Positions 1 to 13,245 of a DNA stretch of 57,807 nucleotides are shown in pieces. The notes under the pieces were generated by a model. It did not search any database and was not told the DNA's origin. It saw only the letters and a program-made list of their open reading frames with translations. The DNA comes from Hyphomicrobiales bacterium. Its GTDB lineage: Bacteria > Pseudomonadota > Alphaproteobacteria > Rhizobiales > Aestuariivirgaceae. Positions within the stretch are counted from its first letter, which is position 1. Every line of letters begins with the position of its first letter. The stretch covers positions 1 through 57,807 of the forward strand of contig JANLYR010000303.1 in NCBI GenBank assembly GCA_031365765.1, given 5' to 3'. The position numbers and the translations under genes are program-made.

Positions 1-611
1 GCCAGAGTTTCGACCGCCGTCCAGTCTTTCGCCTCGATCAGTTTTTTCGGCACCATCCACGAACCGCCGACAGTGACAACATTGGCGAGCGCCAGATATC
101 TTGGTGCCGACTCGAGCGTGATGCCGCCGGTCGGGCAGAAACTGACTTGCGGCAACGGTGACGCAAGCGCAGCAAGGTATGCGGACCCACCAGCGGGTTC
201 GGCGGGAAAAAATTTCTGGAAACGGTAGCCCCGCTCCATCAGCGCCATAGATTCGGACGCCGTGGCGCCGCCCGGCAGCAGCGGTATGATCAGGTCTTCG
301 GCCGCGTCCAGAAGTTTCGGTGTCGATCCCGGCGATACGGCGAAGGCGCAGCCGAGATGCTCCGTCTCCTTCAGTTTCTTGCCATCCAGCACGGTGCCGG
401 CGCCGACGAACGCGCCTTCGACTTCCGCCAGTATCGCGCGGATGCATTCCAGCGCCACTTTGGTGCGGAGCGTGATTTCCAGAACGGGAAGTCCACCAGC
501 AACCAAGGCGCGCGCCAGTGGTACAGAGTCCGCGACATTCTCGATCACCATGACCGGTATGACGGGTGCGGATTTGAGAATTGCTTCGAGCCTTGTCTGT
601 CTGTCCTGCAT
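1..611 (-). CDS. eda: KDPG/KHG aldolase (3' end runs off the window)
   Basis: Not in the ORF track. Manual translation from ATG 611 gives [64 protein letters not shown]. Starts 1 nt after the edd stop. Confidence 0.95.
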   Translation of the reverse strand, partial: MQDRQTRLEAILKSAPVIPVMVIENVADSVPLARALVAGGLPVLEITLRTKVALECIRAILAEVEGAFVGAGTVLDGKKLKETEHLGCAFAVSPGSTPKLLDAAEDLIIPLLPGGATASESMALMERGYRFQKFFPAEPAGGSAYLAALASPLPQVSFCPTGGITLESAPRYLALANVVTVGGSWMVPKKLIEAKDWTAVETL

Positions 612-612
612 G

Positions 613-2433
613 TCAGGCTCCGGTGAAGATCGAGGCGCCCTGATCGGCGCGGCCGGCAGTGGCGCGGAATGCCGCGAACAGTTCGCGTCCCGTACCCGAC
701 CAGTTGGATTCAAGCGATGGCACCGCGCCCGCGCGGGCAGCCAGAGTTGCGGCGTCGACTAGGAGTTCGAGGCTTCCAGTCTCCGCATCGAGGCGGATCA
801 GATCGCCGTCTTGCACTTTGCCGATGAGCCCCCCGTCGGCGGCCTCCGGGGTTACATGGATGGCGGCCGGAACCTTGCCCGAGGCCCCCGACATGCGGCC
901 GTCGGTCACCAGCGCCACACGGAAGCCCTTGTCCTGGAGCACGCCCAGCGGCGGTGTCAGGCGATGCAGTTCCGGCATGCCGTTGGCCTTTGGTCCCTGA
1001 AAGCGGACCACGGTCACGACATCGCGATTGAGTTCTCCCGCCTGGAAGGCCGCTTGCAATTCCTCCTGGGAATGAAAGACGCGGGCTGGCGCCTCGATGA
1101 CATGGCGGTCATCGGGAATGGACGAGGTTTTGACCACGGCGCGGCCCATATTGCCATTGAGCATGACGAGTCCGCCCGAGGTCTGAAACGGATTGCCGCA
1201 GCCCCGGAGCACGGTTTCGTCGGCGGACACGGGTACCGCGTCGCGCCAAGCGAGGGTGCCGTCGTCGGCGAGCCGGGGCTCGGCCAGATAACCCTTGAGC
1301 CCGGCGCCCATGATGGTCGTCACGTCCTCATGCAAAAGACCGGCGGCCAGCAGTTCACGGATCAGGACGCCCATGCCGCCAGCAGCGTGGAAATGGTTCA
1401 CGTCGGCCTTGCCATTGGGATAGATACGGGTCATCAGCGGCACGGCTTTCGACAGCTCCGCCAGATCGGTCCATGTCAGTGCAATTCCCGCCGCCGCCGC
1501 CATGGCGATCAGATGCAGCGTGTGATTGGTCGAGCCACCCGTCGCCAGCAGTCCCACGACGCCGTTCACCACCGCTTTCTCGTCATAGACGCGGCCAATT
1601 GGCGTGTAGCTGTTGCCGAGGGCGGTGATCGCCAAGGCGCGGCGCGTGGCGTCACGGGTGGCGGCTTCGCGCAGCGGGGTATTGGGATTGATGAATGTCG
1701 TTCCGGGCAGATGCAGGCCCATCACCTCCATCAGCATCTGATTGGAATTGGCAGTGCCGTAGAAAGTACAGGTTCCCGGACCGTGATAGGATTGCGCCTC
1801 GACTTCAAGCAATTCGTCGCGGCCGACCTTTCCCTCTGCGAAAAGCTGGCGGATCTTGGCTTTCTCAGTGTTGGGAATGCCCGATGTCATGGGGCCTGCT
1901 GGAATGAATACCGCCGGCAGATGGCCAAAAGAAAGGGCGCCGATGATGAGCCCCGGCACGATCTTGTCGCAGACGCCGAGATAAACCGCAGCATCGAACA
2001 TCTGGTGAGACAAGGCAATCGCCGTCGAGAGGGCTATCACGTCGCGCGAGAACAACGACAGTTCCATGCCGGTTTCGCCCTGGGTGACGCCGTCGCACAT
2101 GGCGGGAACGCCGCCCGCCACCTGCGCCGTCGCGCCGCAATCGCGCGCCGCCTGGCGGATGATTTCGGGATAGGGTTCAAACGGCTGATGCGCCGAGAGC
2201 ATGTCGTTATAGGCGGTGACAATCGCCAGATTGGGGCTCGGTCCATTGCGCAGCGCGTTCTTGTCCGGTCCGCAGGCGGCAAAACCGTGCGCGATATTGG
2301 CGCAGCCGAGAGACTTGCGCCTGGGCTGACGGTTGGCTGCCTGTTCAATCCTGTCGAGATAGCGGCGGCGCTTCTCGGCACTGCGGCCGATGATTTTTTC
2401 CGTGACCCCGGAAATGGTTGAATGAACGGACAT
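613..2433 (-). CDS. edd: 6-phosphogluconate dehydratase
   Basis: 606 aa; [50 protein letters not shown]; Entner-Doudoroff operon context. Confidence 0.97.
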   Translation of the reverse strand: MSVHSTISGVTEKIIGRSAEKRRRYLDRIEQAANRQPRRKSLGCANIAHGFAACGPDKNALRNGPSPNLAIVTAYNDMLSAHQPFEPYPEIIRQAARDCGATAQVAGGVPAMCDGVTQGETGMELSLFSRDVIALSTAIALSHQMFDAAVYLGVCDKIVPGLIIGALSFGHLPAVFIPAGPMTSGIPNTEKAKIRQLFAEGKVGRDELLEVEAQSYHGPGTCTFYGTANSNQMLMEVMGLHLPGTTFINPNTPLREAATRDATRRALAITALGNSYTPIGRVYDEKAVVNGVVGLLATGGSTNHTLHLIAMAAAAGIALTWTDLAELSKAVPLMTRIYPNGKADVNHFHAAGGMGVLIRELLAAGLLHEDVTTIMGAGLKGYLAEPRLADDGTLAWRDAVPVSADETVLRGCGNPFQTSGGLVMLNGNMGRAVVKTSSIPDDRHVIEAPARVFHSQEELQAAFQAGELNRDVVTVVRFQGPKANGMPELHRLTPPLGVLQDKGFRVALVTDGRMSGASGKVPAAIHVTPEAADGGLIGKVQDGDLIRLDAETGSLELLVDAATLAARAGAVPSLESNWSGTGRELFAAFRATAGRADQGASIFTGA

Positions 2434-2445
2434 GCTCGAACCTCG

Positions 2446-3084
2446 TCAGGGGCACCAGTAAATATTCAGTGGATGGGCTGATCGCAGCACGGCGCGGATC
2501 GGCATTTCTTCCACCGGACCCTCGGCTCGCGCCTTTGTGAGCGAGCGCTGCTTGTCTTCACCCTCGATATGCAGAAAGAGAAATTTCGCTTCGAGCAGTG
2601 CGGCAAGCGTGTAGGTCCGCCGGGGCTCGCCCGCGCCCGGCGCATTCAGTTCGATGACGCGGTCAGGCGTCGCCAAATCCAGAGCCGCAGCGAGCGTGTT
2701 GCCTCCGGGGAAAAAAGAGGCGGTGTGGCCATCGGTTCCCATTCCCAGTACCACCGCATCGAGGCGAAGATTGGGGTCGAGGCCCGCGAAGTACGCGCGC
2801 GCAGCCTTGTCACAAAGCAATCGCTGGCGAACCAGCCGCTCATTTGAGCGGGGGCTGTCGGCGGGCACTTGGCGTTCGTCGACGAGTGCTATGGTAATTT
2901 TCTCCCACGGCAGGTTGGCGCGTGACAGCGTCTGGAAAAACACCGTGGGCGTCGTGCCGCCGGATACAGCGAGTGCCGCCTCACCCTTGCTTTCGAGGAT
3001 ATCGCGGAGCGCCACCGCGACATCACCGGCAAGTGCCGCAGCCAGTGCTTCGCGCGACTCGAAGTGCCGTTCGCTGGCTATCAC
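2446..3084 (-). CDS. pgl: 6-phosphogluconolactonase
   Basis: LAVSGGTTP, VDERQVP, RSNERL, LGMGTDGHTASFFP. GTG start at 3084 overlaps the zwf stop (GTGA). Confidence 0.93.
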   Translation of the reverse strand: MIASERHFESREALAAALAGDVAVALRDILESKGEAALAVSGGTTPTVFFQTLSRANLPWEKITIALVDERQVPADSPRSNERLVRQRLLCDKAARAYFAGLDPNLRLDAVVLGMGTDGHTASFFPGGNTLAAALDLATPDRVIELNAPGAGEPRRTYTLAALLEAKFLFLHIEGEDKQRSLTKARAEGPVEEMPIRAVLRSAHPLNIYWCP

Positions 3085-4562
3085 TGATCGGGATCCTCGT
3101 GCCATGTGCGATGGTCGCGCTCGATGAGCGCCACGGCCGCCGATGGCCCCCAGGTTCCGGCGGGATAGGGCTTGGGCGGCTCGGGCGTTGCCGCCCACGC
3201 GGCCAGGATGGGATCGATCCAGGCCCAGGCGGCTTCCACTTCGTCGCGGCCCATGAACAGCGTCTGGTTGCCCCGCACCACATCCATAAGCAGGCGCTCA
3301 TAGGCATCCGGATTGCGCACACCGAAGGCGTCGGCAAAACTCATATCGAGCGGCACATGCTGAAGCCGCATGCCGCCCGGTCCCGGGTCCTTGATCATCA
3401 ACCACAATTTCACGCCCTCGCCGGGCTGCAGACGGATCACCAACCGATTGGCGTCGATGGGTCCGGCCGATGCGTCGAACACCGAGTAGGGGATAGGCCG
3501 GAAGTTCACCACGATTTCGGACACGCGCGATTCCAGCCGCTTGCCGGTGCGGAGATAAAAAGGCACGCCGTTCCAACGCCAGTTGGCGATTTCCGCCTTG
3601 ACCGCAACGAAGGTTTCGGTGTTGGACTCCGCCGATCCCAGCTCTTCGAGATAGCCTGGCGCGGCACCCCCGTTGGAGGCACCCGCGCGATACTGACCCC
3701 GCACCGTGAGTGAGGCCGCGGCATCGCCTGAAATCGGTTTCAAGGATTTCAGCACTTTCAACTTTTCCTCGCGCATCGCGTCGGCGGCGATGGTGATCGG
3801 GGGTTCCATCGCAACGAGGCAGAGAAGCTGCAACATATGGTTCTGCACCATGTCGCGCAGTGCCCCCGCCGTATCGTAATAGCCGGCGCGGCCCTCGACG
3901 CCCAGGGTTTCGGCGACGGTGATCTGCACGTGATCGATATGGGCGGAGTTCCACAAGGGCTCGAACAGCGCGTTGGCGAAGCGCAGCGCCATCAGGTTCT
4001 GCACCGTTTCCTTACCGAGGTAATGATCGATCCGGTACACCGATGGTTCGGGGAAGACGCGGCCGATCGTGTCGTTGACGGCCTTGGCGGATTCACCCGA
4101 TCGTCCCAATGGCTTTTCCACCACGACCCGCGATTTTGGCGTGACAAGCTTGTGGGCGCCGAGACGCTCGCACAGCGGTCCAAACAGGTCGGGCCCGACG
4201 GCCAGATAGAAGACGCGGATCCGATCCTTGCCACTTTGCAGCGCCGTCTCGAGGTCACTCCAACCGGCCTCCTTTTCGGCATCGATTGTCACATAGTCGA
4301 GACGTTCCAGGAACCGGTTGCGAATATCGAGGCTGCGCTCGTCCTCCGGCACATATGCTTCGATGGCTGCCAGCGCGAATGCGCGGAAGGCATCACGCGA
4401 CATGGCCCGGCGCGACGCGCCGATGATTCGCGCGCCGTCGGGAATTTGGCCCACGGCATCACGGTGGAAGAGGGCTGGAAGAAGTTTTCGCTTCGCCAGA
4501 TCGCCGGTGGCGCCGAAAACAACAAGGTCGAATACCTCGACCGGGATCGTACGGGTGGTCAT
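3081..4562 (-). CDS. zwf: glucose-6-phosphate 1-dehydrogenase
   Basis: FGATGDLA, EKP, RIDHYLGKETVQN, DMVQNH, GVPFYLRTGKRL. Start taken at ATG 4562 (MTTRTIP). Confidence 0.97.
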   Translation of the reverse strand: MTTRTIPVEVFDLVVFGATGDLAKRKLLPALFHRDAVGQIPDGARIIGASRRAMSRDAFRAFALAAIEAYVPEDERSLDIRNRFLERLDYVTIDAEKEAGWSDLETALQSGKDRIRVFYLAVGPDLFGPLCERLGAHKLVTPKSRVVVEKPLGRSGESAKAVNDTIGRVFPEPSVYRIDHYLGKETVQNLMALRFANALFEPLWNSAHIDHVQITVAETLGVEGRAGYYDTAGALRDMVQNHMLQLLCLVAMEPPITIAADAMREEKLKVLKSLKPISGDAAASLTVRGQYRAGASNGGAAPGYLEELGSAESNTETFVAVKAEIANWRWNGVPFYLRTGKRLESRVSEIVVNFRPIPYSVFDASAGPIDANRLVIRLQPGEGVKLWLMIKDPGPGGMRLQHVPLDMSFADAFGVRNPDAYERLLMDVVRGNQTLFMGRDEVEAAWAWIDPILAAWAATPEPPKPYPAGTWGPSAAVALIERDHRTWHEDPDQ

Positions 4563-4703
4563 GACAAGCTGGGCCTTTCCGCAGAGCGACACTCAATAGA
4601 CTGCTTGTACAGGGCTGAAAACCCCAATAATTCCATCCGCCTGATTTATTGCTTTTGAGGCAACAGTAAGGCATGATGTGCCGCGACTGTGGAGGATTAT
4701 ACC

Positions 4704-5645
4704 ATGATTGTGTGCTGCGGCGAGGCGGTGATCGATTTCCTGCCCCGTGTTTCGGCGGATGGAGCCCCGGTCTACGAGCCGCTGAACGGCGGCTCAATCT
4801 TCAACACCGCAGTCGCTCTTGGCAGGCTGGGGCTGAAGGCCGGATTTTTCGGCGGCCTTTCCACCGATTTCTTCGGCGAAGGACTGGCGGCCGCGCTGAA
4901 GGCCAGCGGTGTCGATTTGAAATACACCAAGGTCTGGGATCATCCATCCACACTGGCATTCGTCAAACTCGATGCCGGCCAGGCGCGCTATTCGTTTTTC
5001 GACGACAACTCCGCTGGGCGGATGCTGACGCGGAAAGACTTGCCGAAACTTGCCCCCGACGTGGCCGCGCTGCATTTCGGGTCGTTCAGCCTGACCACGG
5101 AACCTTGCGGGTCAGCCTATGAAGCGCTGCTGGCGCGCGAAGCCAGGCGCCGCGTCATCTGCCTCGATCCCAATATCCGCGTGACCTTGATCAAGGATCG
5201 TAAACGCCACCTCGCCCGCCTCAACCGCCTCATCGCGCTCTGCGACATTCTCAAGGTGTCCGACGAGGACACCGTCTGGATGACAGGAAAGGACGATCTG
5301 GCGGCAGCGGCCAGAAAGTGGCTCCGGGCTGGCGCCAAAATCGTCGCCATCACGCGCGGTCCCGACGGCGTTGCGGCTTTCACTCGCAAATTTTCGCTGA
5401 CCCTGCCCGCGGTCAAGGTAAAAGTGGCCGACACGGTGGGGGCTGGAGACACTTTCACGGCTGGGTTGCTGGCCGCGTTGTCGAAAGCAAAGCTGCTCGA
5501 CAAGGCCGCGCTCGCCACCATCTCAAAGGATGACTTGCAAACATCACTCTCCTTTGCTGCCCGCGCTGCCGCTGTTACGGTATCACGCCCCGGCGCCGAC
5601 CCACCCTGGGCGAAAGAACTGGATTGGACGAATATGCAAATGTAG
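4704..5645 (+). CDS. PfkB-family carbohydrate kinase (fructokinase-like)
   Basis: GGSIFNTAVALGRLG, DPNIR, DTVGAGDTF; GGAGG at 4691-4695; divergent from zwf. Confidence 0.9.
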   Translation: MIVCCGEAVIDFLPRVSADGAPVYEPLNGGSIFNTAVALGRLGLKAGFFGGLSTDFFGEGLAAALKASGVDLKYTKVWDHPSTLAFVKLDAGQARYSFFDDNSAGRMLTRKDLPKLAPDVAALHFGSFSLTTEPCGSAYEALLAREARRRVICLDPNIRVTLIKDRKRHLARLNRLIALCDILKVSDEDTVWMTGKDDLAAAARKWLRAGAKIVAITRGPDGVAAFTRKFSLTLPAVKVKVADTVGAGDTFTAGLLAALSKAKLLDKAALATISKDDLQTSLSFAARAAAVTVSRPGADPPWAKELDWTNMQM

Positions 5646-5674
5646 CCGCATCGAGAACCGGCTACGTTGATTCC

Positions 5675-8086
5675 ATGGAATTTCCCGTCGATGCGGTGAT
5701 CCCGCAATTGAGCAAGGCGCTGGAGCGGCATCGGGTGGCTTTGCTGGTGGCGGAGCCTGGTGCTGGCAAGACGACCCGGGTGCCGCTGGCGCTGCTCGAT
5801 GAAACCTGGCTCGCGGGACAGACCATCCTGATGCTTGAACCGCGCCGGCTCGCCGCCCGCGCCGCGGCGCAACGCATGGCACGCACACTGGGCGAAGAGA
5901 TCGGCGCGACCGTCGGCTACAGCGTGCGTCTCGACCGCAAGGTGTCGGCCAAAACCCGGATCGAGGTGGTGACCGAGGGCATTCTCACTAAACGGCTTCA
6001 GAACGATCCTGAACTTGCAGGAACGGGGCTCGTCATTTTCGATGAATTTCATGAACGCTCTCTCGATGGCGATTTCGGACTTGCGCTGACCCTCGACGTG
6101 CAGCGAGGTTTGCGTGACAATCTGCGCATTCTGGTAATGTCAGCGACGCTGGATCAGGTTCGCGTCGCGGCCCATCTGGGCGGGGCGCCGGTAATAGAGG
6201 CGCGAGGCCGGGTGTTTCCGGTCGACACGCGCTATCTCGGCAAGGCGGAACGGCGCACGATTTCCGCCGATGCGGCGCGCGCCATCGGACATGCACTGCA
6301 CGAGACGAAGGAAAGCATTCTCGTCTTTTTGCCCGGCGAGTCTGAAATCCGCCGCACCGAGGCGCTGATCACACCATCCGATGGTGTTGTGGTCCGACCC
6401 CTTTTTGGTGCGATGAGCCTTGCTGACCAGGAAGCCGCGATCCGGCCCTCGCCCGATGGCGAGCGCAAGATCGTGCTCGCCACCACCATTGCCGAGACCA
6501 GCCTGACCATCGAGGGGATCGGTGCCGTGATCGACACCGGCTTCAAGCGGGTGCCGCGCTTCGATCCGGCGAGCGGCATGACGGCGCTGGAAACCGTGCG
6601 GGTGTCGCTCGCCTCCGCCGATCAGCGGCGTGGCCGCGCCGGGAGGCTTGGACCTGGCCTCTGCTACCGCCTTTGGCCGGAAGCCGAAAACCGTTCGTTA
6701 GCGTTGCACGATCAGCCGGAAATTCTGGTGGCGGACCTTGCACCACTGGTGCTCGAACTCGGCGCCTGGGGCGTGACCGACTTCATGGCCCTTTCCTGGC
6801 TCGATGCGCCGCCTGCCGCTTCGTTTCAGCAGGCCCGCGACCTGTTGACGGAATTGGAAGCCCTCGACCAGCACGGCCGGATCACCGCAATGGGACGGGC
6901 AATGGTCAGACTGCCGCTCCATCCCCGTCTTGCCCATATGGTGCATCGGGGGAAAAGCGTACTCGCCGCGGAACTGGCAGCTTTCCTGTCGGAGCGCGAT
7001 GGTGGTGGCCGCCAGATGGGAGCCGATATCGGTCCCCGGCTCGATCATGCCAGACGGAGGCTCGAGGCCTCCATAAAACAGATCCGTCAGCTTGCCTCGA
7101 TCACGGCTGAGGGTCCGCGCCTGTCCATCGGCATACTCGTGGCGCTGGCCTGGCCCGACCGCATCGCCCAGCGGCGCGGCGGTGGTGGCCGGTACCGCTT
7201 GTCGGGCGGCGGTGGCGGGGTTCTCCCCGAACATGATGGTCTCGCCATCCATGACTGGCTCGCGGTGGCGACGACCGATGGCCGTCCCGGCGATCAAAAA
7301 ATCCATCTCGCGGCATCCCTGACGCGCGAAGACATCGAAACCCATTTCGGCCAACAAATCGAGACCAGGGAAGACGTCTTCTGGGACAGCCGCGCCAAGT
7401 CAGTCAGCGCCAGCCGTCAGCGCCGCCTCGGCGCGCTGGTATTGGAGGAAAAAACACTAGCCAATGCCGATCCGGAACTTGTCTCGGCGGCCATGCTGGC
7501 GGGCATTCGCGACATGGGACTGGACAGTCTTCCGTGGACGGAAGCAGCGCGGACATTTGCTGCTCGCGTTGTCTTCATCCGGCGAAAATTTCCCGATGCG
7601 GCGTGGCCGGACATATCCGATGAAGCGCTCAGCGCCACTTTGCACGAGTGGCTCCTGCCCTACCTCGCCGGCGTCACGAGAAAGGCCCATCTTGCAGGTC
7701 TAGACATGCTGCAGATCCTAGGGGCCATGATCCCTCACGCGCTGCTGCGGGAATTGGACAGGCTGGCGCCGCTGCGGATCGAGGTTCCTTCCGGCGCCGA
7801 CGTCAACGTCGACTACACCGGCGATGGCGATCCCGTGTTGCGCGTACGCCTGCAGGAGATGTTCGGCCTTACACGCACGCCAAAACTCGCCGATGGACGG
7901 GCCCAACTGCGCATCGAACTCCTGTCGCCCGCCGGGCGGCCCCTCGCCGTGACCCAGTCGCTCGAAACCTTCTGGACCAATGGATACCCCTCTGTCCGCG
8001 CCGACATGCGCGGGCGCTATCCCAAACACGCCTGGCCGGAAGACCCGCTCACCGCTGCTCCGGTGAAGCCGCGGCGCCTCCGGTAG
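5675..8086 (+). CDS. hrpB: ATP-dependent DEAH-box helicase HrpB
   Basis: AEPGAGKTT, EPRRLAAR, DEFHER, MSATL, ATTIAETSLTI, QRRGRAGR, C-terminal LLSPAGRP..GRYPKHAWPEDP. Confidence 0.95.
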   Translation: MEFPVDAVIPQLSKALERHRVALLVAEPGAGKTTRVPLALLDETWLAGQTILMLEPRRLAARAAAQRMARTLGEEIGATVGYSVRLDRKVSAKTRIEVVTEGILTKRLQNDPELAGTGLVIFDEFHERSLDGDFGLALTLDVQRGLRDNLRILVMSATLDQVRVAAHLGGAPVIEARGRVFPVDTRYLGKAERRTISADAARAIGHALHETKESILVFLPGESEIRRTEALITPSDGVVVRPLFGAMSLADQEAAIRPSPDGERKIVLATTIAETSLTIEGIGAVIDTGFKRVPRFDPASGMTALETVRVSLASADQRRGRAGRLGPGLCYRLWPEAENRSLALHDQPEILVADLAPLVLELGAWGVTDFMALSWLDAPPAASFQQARDLLTELEALDQHGRITAMGRAMVRLPLHPRLAHMVHRGKSVLAAELAAFLSERDGGGRQMGADIGPRLDHARRRLEASIKQIRQLASITAEGPRLSIGILVALAWPDRIAQRRGGGGRYRLSGGGGGVLPEHDGLAIHDWLAVATTDGRPGDQKIHLAASLTREDIETHFGQQIETREDVFWDSRAKSVSASRQRRLGALVLEEKTLANADPELVSAAMLAGIRDMGLDSLPWTEAARTFAARVVFIRRKFPDAAWPDISDEALSATLHEWLLPYLAGVTRKAHLAGLDMLQILGAMIPHALLRELDRLAPLRIEVPSGADVNVDYTGDGDPVLRVRLQEMFGLTRTPKLADGRAQLRIELLSPAGRPLAVTQSLETFWTNGYPSVRADMRGRYPKHAWPEDPLTAAPVKPRRLR

Positions 8087-8133
8087 TGGAAGCTTGACCT
8101 CCCTGGGTGCCCCTGCCAAACACCGCCCCGACC

Positions 8134-9936
<1,803 letters not shown>

Positions 9937-11049
9937 AGCCGGCTATCATCAAATTCTCATCATGCTCCGCACCGCGTAGCGTGCGATCCCATCTGACCAT
10001 CCTCCCCGCCGCCCACCAGCCGAAAACCGCGACTGCGGCTCCGGCGTAGCCATCGATGGCGTAGTGCCAGCCGAGGTGGATCGAGCCGATGAAGATCAGC
10101 ACCGCGAAGATTGACAGCAGGCAGCCGACCCAGCGTTTGCCCGACGTGAAACCCAGAATGGCGAACAGAACGGACGTTCCCACGTGCATCGACGGCATGG
10201 CAGAGATGCCGTTGACGATGCCGGTACCCGTCTCGTAGTTTTTCCACAACTCGTCCATGACGCGCAGCGACCAGATGCGGTTGACGGCGCTGGCCTGATG
10301 AAGCCAGTCCATCAGGGGCATGAAGGGATCGGGACCAGGGAGCAACCGGCCGTAGAAACAGGGACCGACGGAGGACAGCAACGTTCCCAGAACGCAGGTG
10401 CCGAGAAACCAGGTGAGCGTGAAGCCGAGCAGGAATTGCTGGCGCAGCGCTGTGTCATGGCGTGAAAACCCCTGCCAGAACCAGCACGAGAACATCACGA
10501 GGAACCACAGATTGTAGTTCACGTTGAGCGCGAAGGTGATCACCGGCTCGTCCAGCAGAGGCGCCAGCCATTCGAACGGGTGGCGACCGAAATGCAGTGC
10601 CTTGTCCCAGCGCATGAACGTGTCATCCCATGAAAAGGGAACGGCGAGCGGAATGGCGCGCTTGATGAAGGTGTAGCCCACCATGTAGAGACTCATGAAG
10701 GCGAAGGCGTGGACGGCGTTGGAAATCCGCACGGGCGCCAGATAATCGTCGCGGAGTTTGACGCCGAGTGCGGCCACGAGACTGCCCTTATGTCCGATGC
10801 GGGCGAGGCGGACCGCTTCGATCCCCAGTCCGGTCAGCATCATCACGGCGAGCACGACGAGGACGGGACCGGAAAAGATCATCACCATTTTCAAGTCGAG
10901 CGGCAAGCCCAGCCACATCGATTCGACCACCGCCATTGTGCAAACAAAGAGCGCAAAAACATAAAGCAGCGCGTGTACGCGAACGCCGACGCGGATGGCG
11001 GACAGCGTCTCGGTCAGGCGGGTCGTCCCGACAATCGCGGAAGTGAGAC

Positions 11050-12144
11050 TCATGCGGGCATGCGCCGCTCGACAATCCAACCGGCAAGTTTCCAGCACGC
11101 CAACGCAATGGCCGCGCCGGCATAGCCATCGACGGCGTAGTGCCAGCCGAGCACGATCGAGCCCAAAAAGATGCTTGCTGCGAAGGCGACGAAGAACCAG
11201 CCGAGCCAGCGCTTGCCCGATGCGAAACCGAGCAGGACGAAGAGAATTGTCGTCGCCACATGCATCGAGGGCATTGCCGACACTCCTTCAATCTCGCCGT
11301 GCCCCGCGAGATGGCTCTGCCACAGCGCGGCCTGGGTGGGTACCGCCCAGACGGGATAGATTTCATTGGCGGAGGCGAGCTTGGCCATCAGTCCCGCATA
11401 GGGACTGATCCCCGTCTCGACGAAGGCGTAGAAACAGGGCCCGGCGGAAGAAAAGATCGTGCCGAGAACGCAGGTGCCGATGAACCAGCTCAGGAGATAG
11501 GCGAGTAGAAATTTTTGCCGCAGCGGATTGTCGCGAGCCGCGAACCCCTGCCAGAAAAAACAGGCTAGCAGGACCACGAACCACAGATTGTAGTTCACAT
11601 TGACGAGGAAAATCATCAGTGGACTGTCGATCAGCGGCGCCAGGATTTCGTGTGGCAGAAAGCCGAAATGCAGTGCGCGGTCGAGTTCCATGAAGGTCCC
11701 GTCCCACGAGAAAGGAAGCGCTGCGGGGATGGATTTCTTGATCCCGAGGAAACCCACGAAGAAGATGCCGTTGACCAGAAAGGCATGGACCGTGTTCGAA
11801 ACCCGCTCGGGAGCCAGGATGTCGCCAAGCAGCCTTGATTTCAGGGCGAGGAACGGACTGCCCTTGTAGCCGGCGTACCAGAGCCAGGCCAGATCTCCGG
11901 CAAGCCACAAAAATATCATCAGGAAGAGAAATGCGAGCGTCGTGCCGGTCACCAATCCGACAAGTCCCAAATTGAGTGGCACCCCAAGCCACAGACCCTC
12001 TGCCACAGCGATTGCGTAAGTGAGAAACGCCAATACATACAGCAGCGCGTGCGCGCGCAGGCCCCTGGCAAGCGCTGCTCCATAGGCCGCCAGCCGCTCG
12101 AAAGCGAACCGCACCGGTTTTGTATCCGACAGCGCAAGTCCCAT
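11050..12144 (-). CDS. PAP2-superfamily polytopic membrane protein (Aur1/IPC-synthase-like), paralogue 1
   Basis: SSAGPCFY, SAMPSMHV, LGWHYAVDG; aligns end to end with the adjacent paralogue. Start uncertain (12144 or 12171). Confidence 0.8.
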   Translation of the reverse strand: MGLALSDTKPVRFAFERLAAYGAALARGLRAHALLYVLAFLTYAIAVAEGLWLGVPLNLGLVGLVTGTTLAFLFLMIFLWLAGDLAWLWYAGYKGSPFLALKSRLLGDILAPERVSNTVHAFLVNGIFFVGFLGIKKSIPAALPFSWDGTFMELDRALHFGFLPHEILAPLIDSPLMIFLVNVNYNLWFVVLLACFFWQGFAARDNPLRQKFLLAYLLSWFIGTCVLGTIFSSAGPCFYAFVETGISPYAGLMAKLASANEIYPVWAVPTQAALWQSHLAGHGEIEGVSAMPSMHVATTILFVLLGFASGKRWLGWFFVAFAASIFLGSIVLGWHYAVDGYAGAAIALACWKLAGWIVERRMPA

Positions 12145-12238
12145 CGCAGGCGCACTCCCACTTGGCGCCACCGCACCCTAGGCGAGGAGCGTTAAAGGGA
12201 GGTTCAGCTAACACCGAGGGTTTTATGGTGGACCAACA

Positions 12239-12255
12239 TTTTGAACCATTCTAAA
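12239..12255. promoter_or_regulatory. Irr-binding iron control element (ICE)
   Basis: TTTTGAA-CCA-TTCTAAA is one mismatch from the consensus TTTAGAA-N3-TTCTAAA and lies 33 nt upstream of mbfA, an established Irr target in Rhizobiales. Confidence 0.85.
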
Positions 12256-12288
12256 GTAGGTTTGCGTTAACCACCACAAGGTATCCGT

Positions 12289-13245
12289 TTGAAAAGTTTC
12301 TCCGATCTCAGCGAACAGGAAATCCTGGCGCTTGCCATTTCGAGCGAGGACGACGACGCGCGCGCCTATGCCGGCTTTGCCCATTCGCTGATGGAAACCT
12401 ATCCCGCCACCGCCAAGGTTTACATGGAGATGGCCGAGGAAGAGCATGAGCACCGCCGTTCACTGACCGAACTCTATCAATCGAAATTCGGCGATTTCAT
12501 CCCGCTCATCCGGCGCAACGAGGTGCTTGGTTTCGTCAAGCACAAGCCGGCCTGGACCATCGGCAAGCTCAATATCGAGGCGATGCGCCAGCGCGCCGAA
12601 GTGATCGAGCTGGAAAACTACAGGTTCTACCGGCAGGCGGCAGAACGCACTGCCGACCCCAAGGTGAGGAAGCTGCTTGAGACTTTGGCCGAGGCCGAGA
12701 AAAGTCACGAGTCGCTGGCCGGCAGGTTGGGCGACAAGCATGTAACGGCGGATGCCAAGATCGAGGAAGGCGAAGCTAAACGGCGGCTATTCCTGTTGCA
12801 AGTGATCCAGCCAGGCCTTGTCGGCTTGATGGACGGGTCAGTGTCGACGCTTGCTCCGCTGTTCGCCGCCGCCTTCGCCACGGGCAGTACCTGGGAAACT
12901 TTCCTGGTCGGTATGGCGGCGTCAGCCGGGGCAGGAATTTCCATGGGTCTGGCGGAGGGACTTTCCGACGACGGAAAGCTCACCGGACGTGGGCACCCGC
13001 TGATCCGCGGCACGGCCGCCGGGGTCATGACCGCCGTGGGAGGGCTTGGCCATACCCTGCCCTACCTCATTCCGGATTTCTGGCTTGCCACCTGGATCGC
13101 CATTGCCATCGTGTTCATCGAGCTCTGGGCAATTTCATGGATCCGCTACAAATATATGGATACGCCGTTCCTCAAGGCCGCTTTCCAGATCGCGGTCGGT
13201 GGCTTCCTGGTGTTCGTGACCGGCATATTGATCGGCAGCGCCTGA
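12289..13245 (+). CDS. mbfA: membrane-bound ferritin-like iron exporter MbfA
   Basis: N-terminal ferritin-like domain (LALAISSEDD, EEEHEH, EAEKSH) plus VIT1/CCC1 membrane domain (QPGLVGLMDGSVSTLAP); TTG start. Confidence 0.93.
   Translation: MKSFSDLSEQEILALAISSEDDDARAYAGFAHSLMETYPATAKVYMEMAEEEHEHRRSLTELYQSKFGDFIPLIRRNEVLGFVKHKPAWTIGKLNIEAMRQRAEVIELENYRFYRQAAERTADPKVRKLLETLAEAEKSHESLAGRLGDKHVTADAKIEEGEAKRRLFLLQVIQPGLVGLMDGSVSTLAPLFAAAFATGSTWETFLVGMAASAGAGISMGLAEGLSDDGKLTGRGHPLIRGTAAGVMTAVGGLGHTLPYLIPDFWLATWIAIAIVFIELWAISWIRYKYMDTPFLKAAFQIAVGGFLVFVTGILIGSA

Noticed and set aside
811-2421. 536-aa plus-strand ORF, and similar long antisense ORFs (14150-15337, 30269-31666, 37026-38063, 50707-51642)
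   Set aside because: They mirror well-supported genes on the opposite strand, as expected in high-GC DNA, and show no motifs.
4563-4703. HexR/RpiR operator between zwf and the kinase
   Set aside because: No convincing palindrome, and no such regulator in the window.
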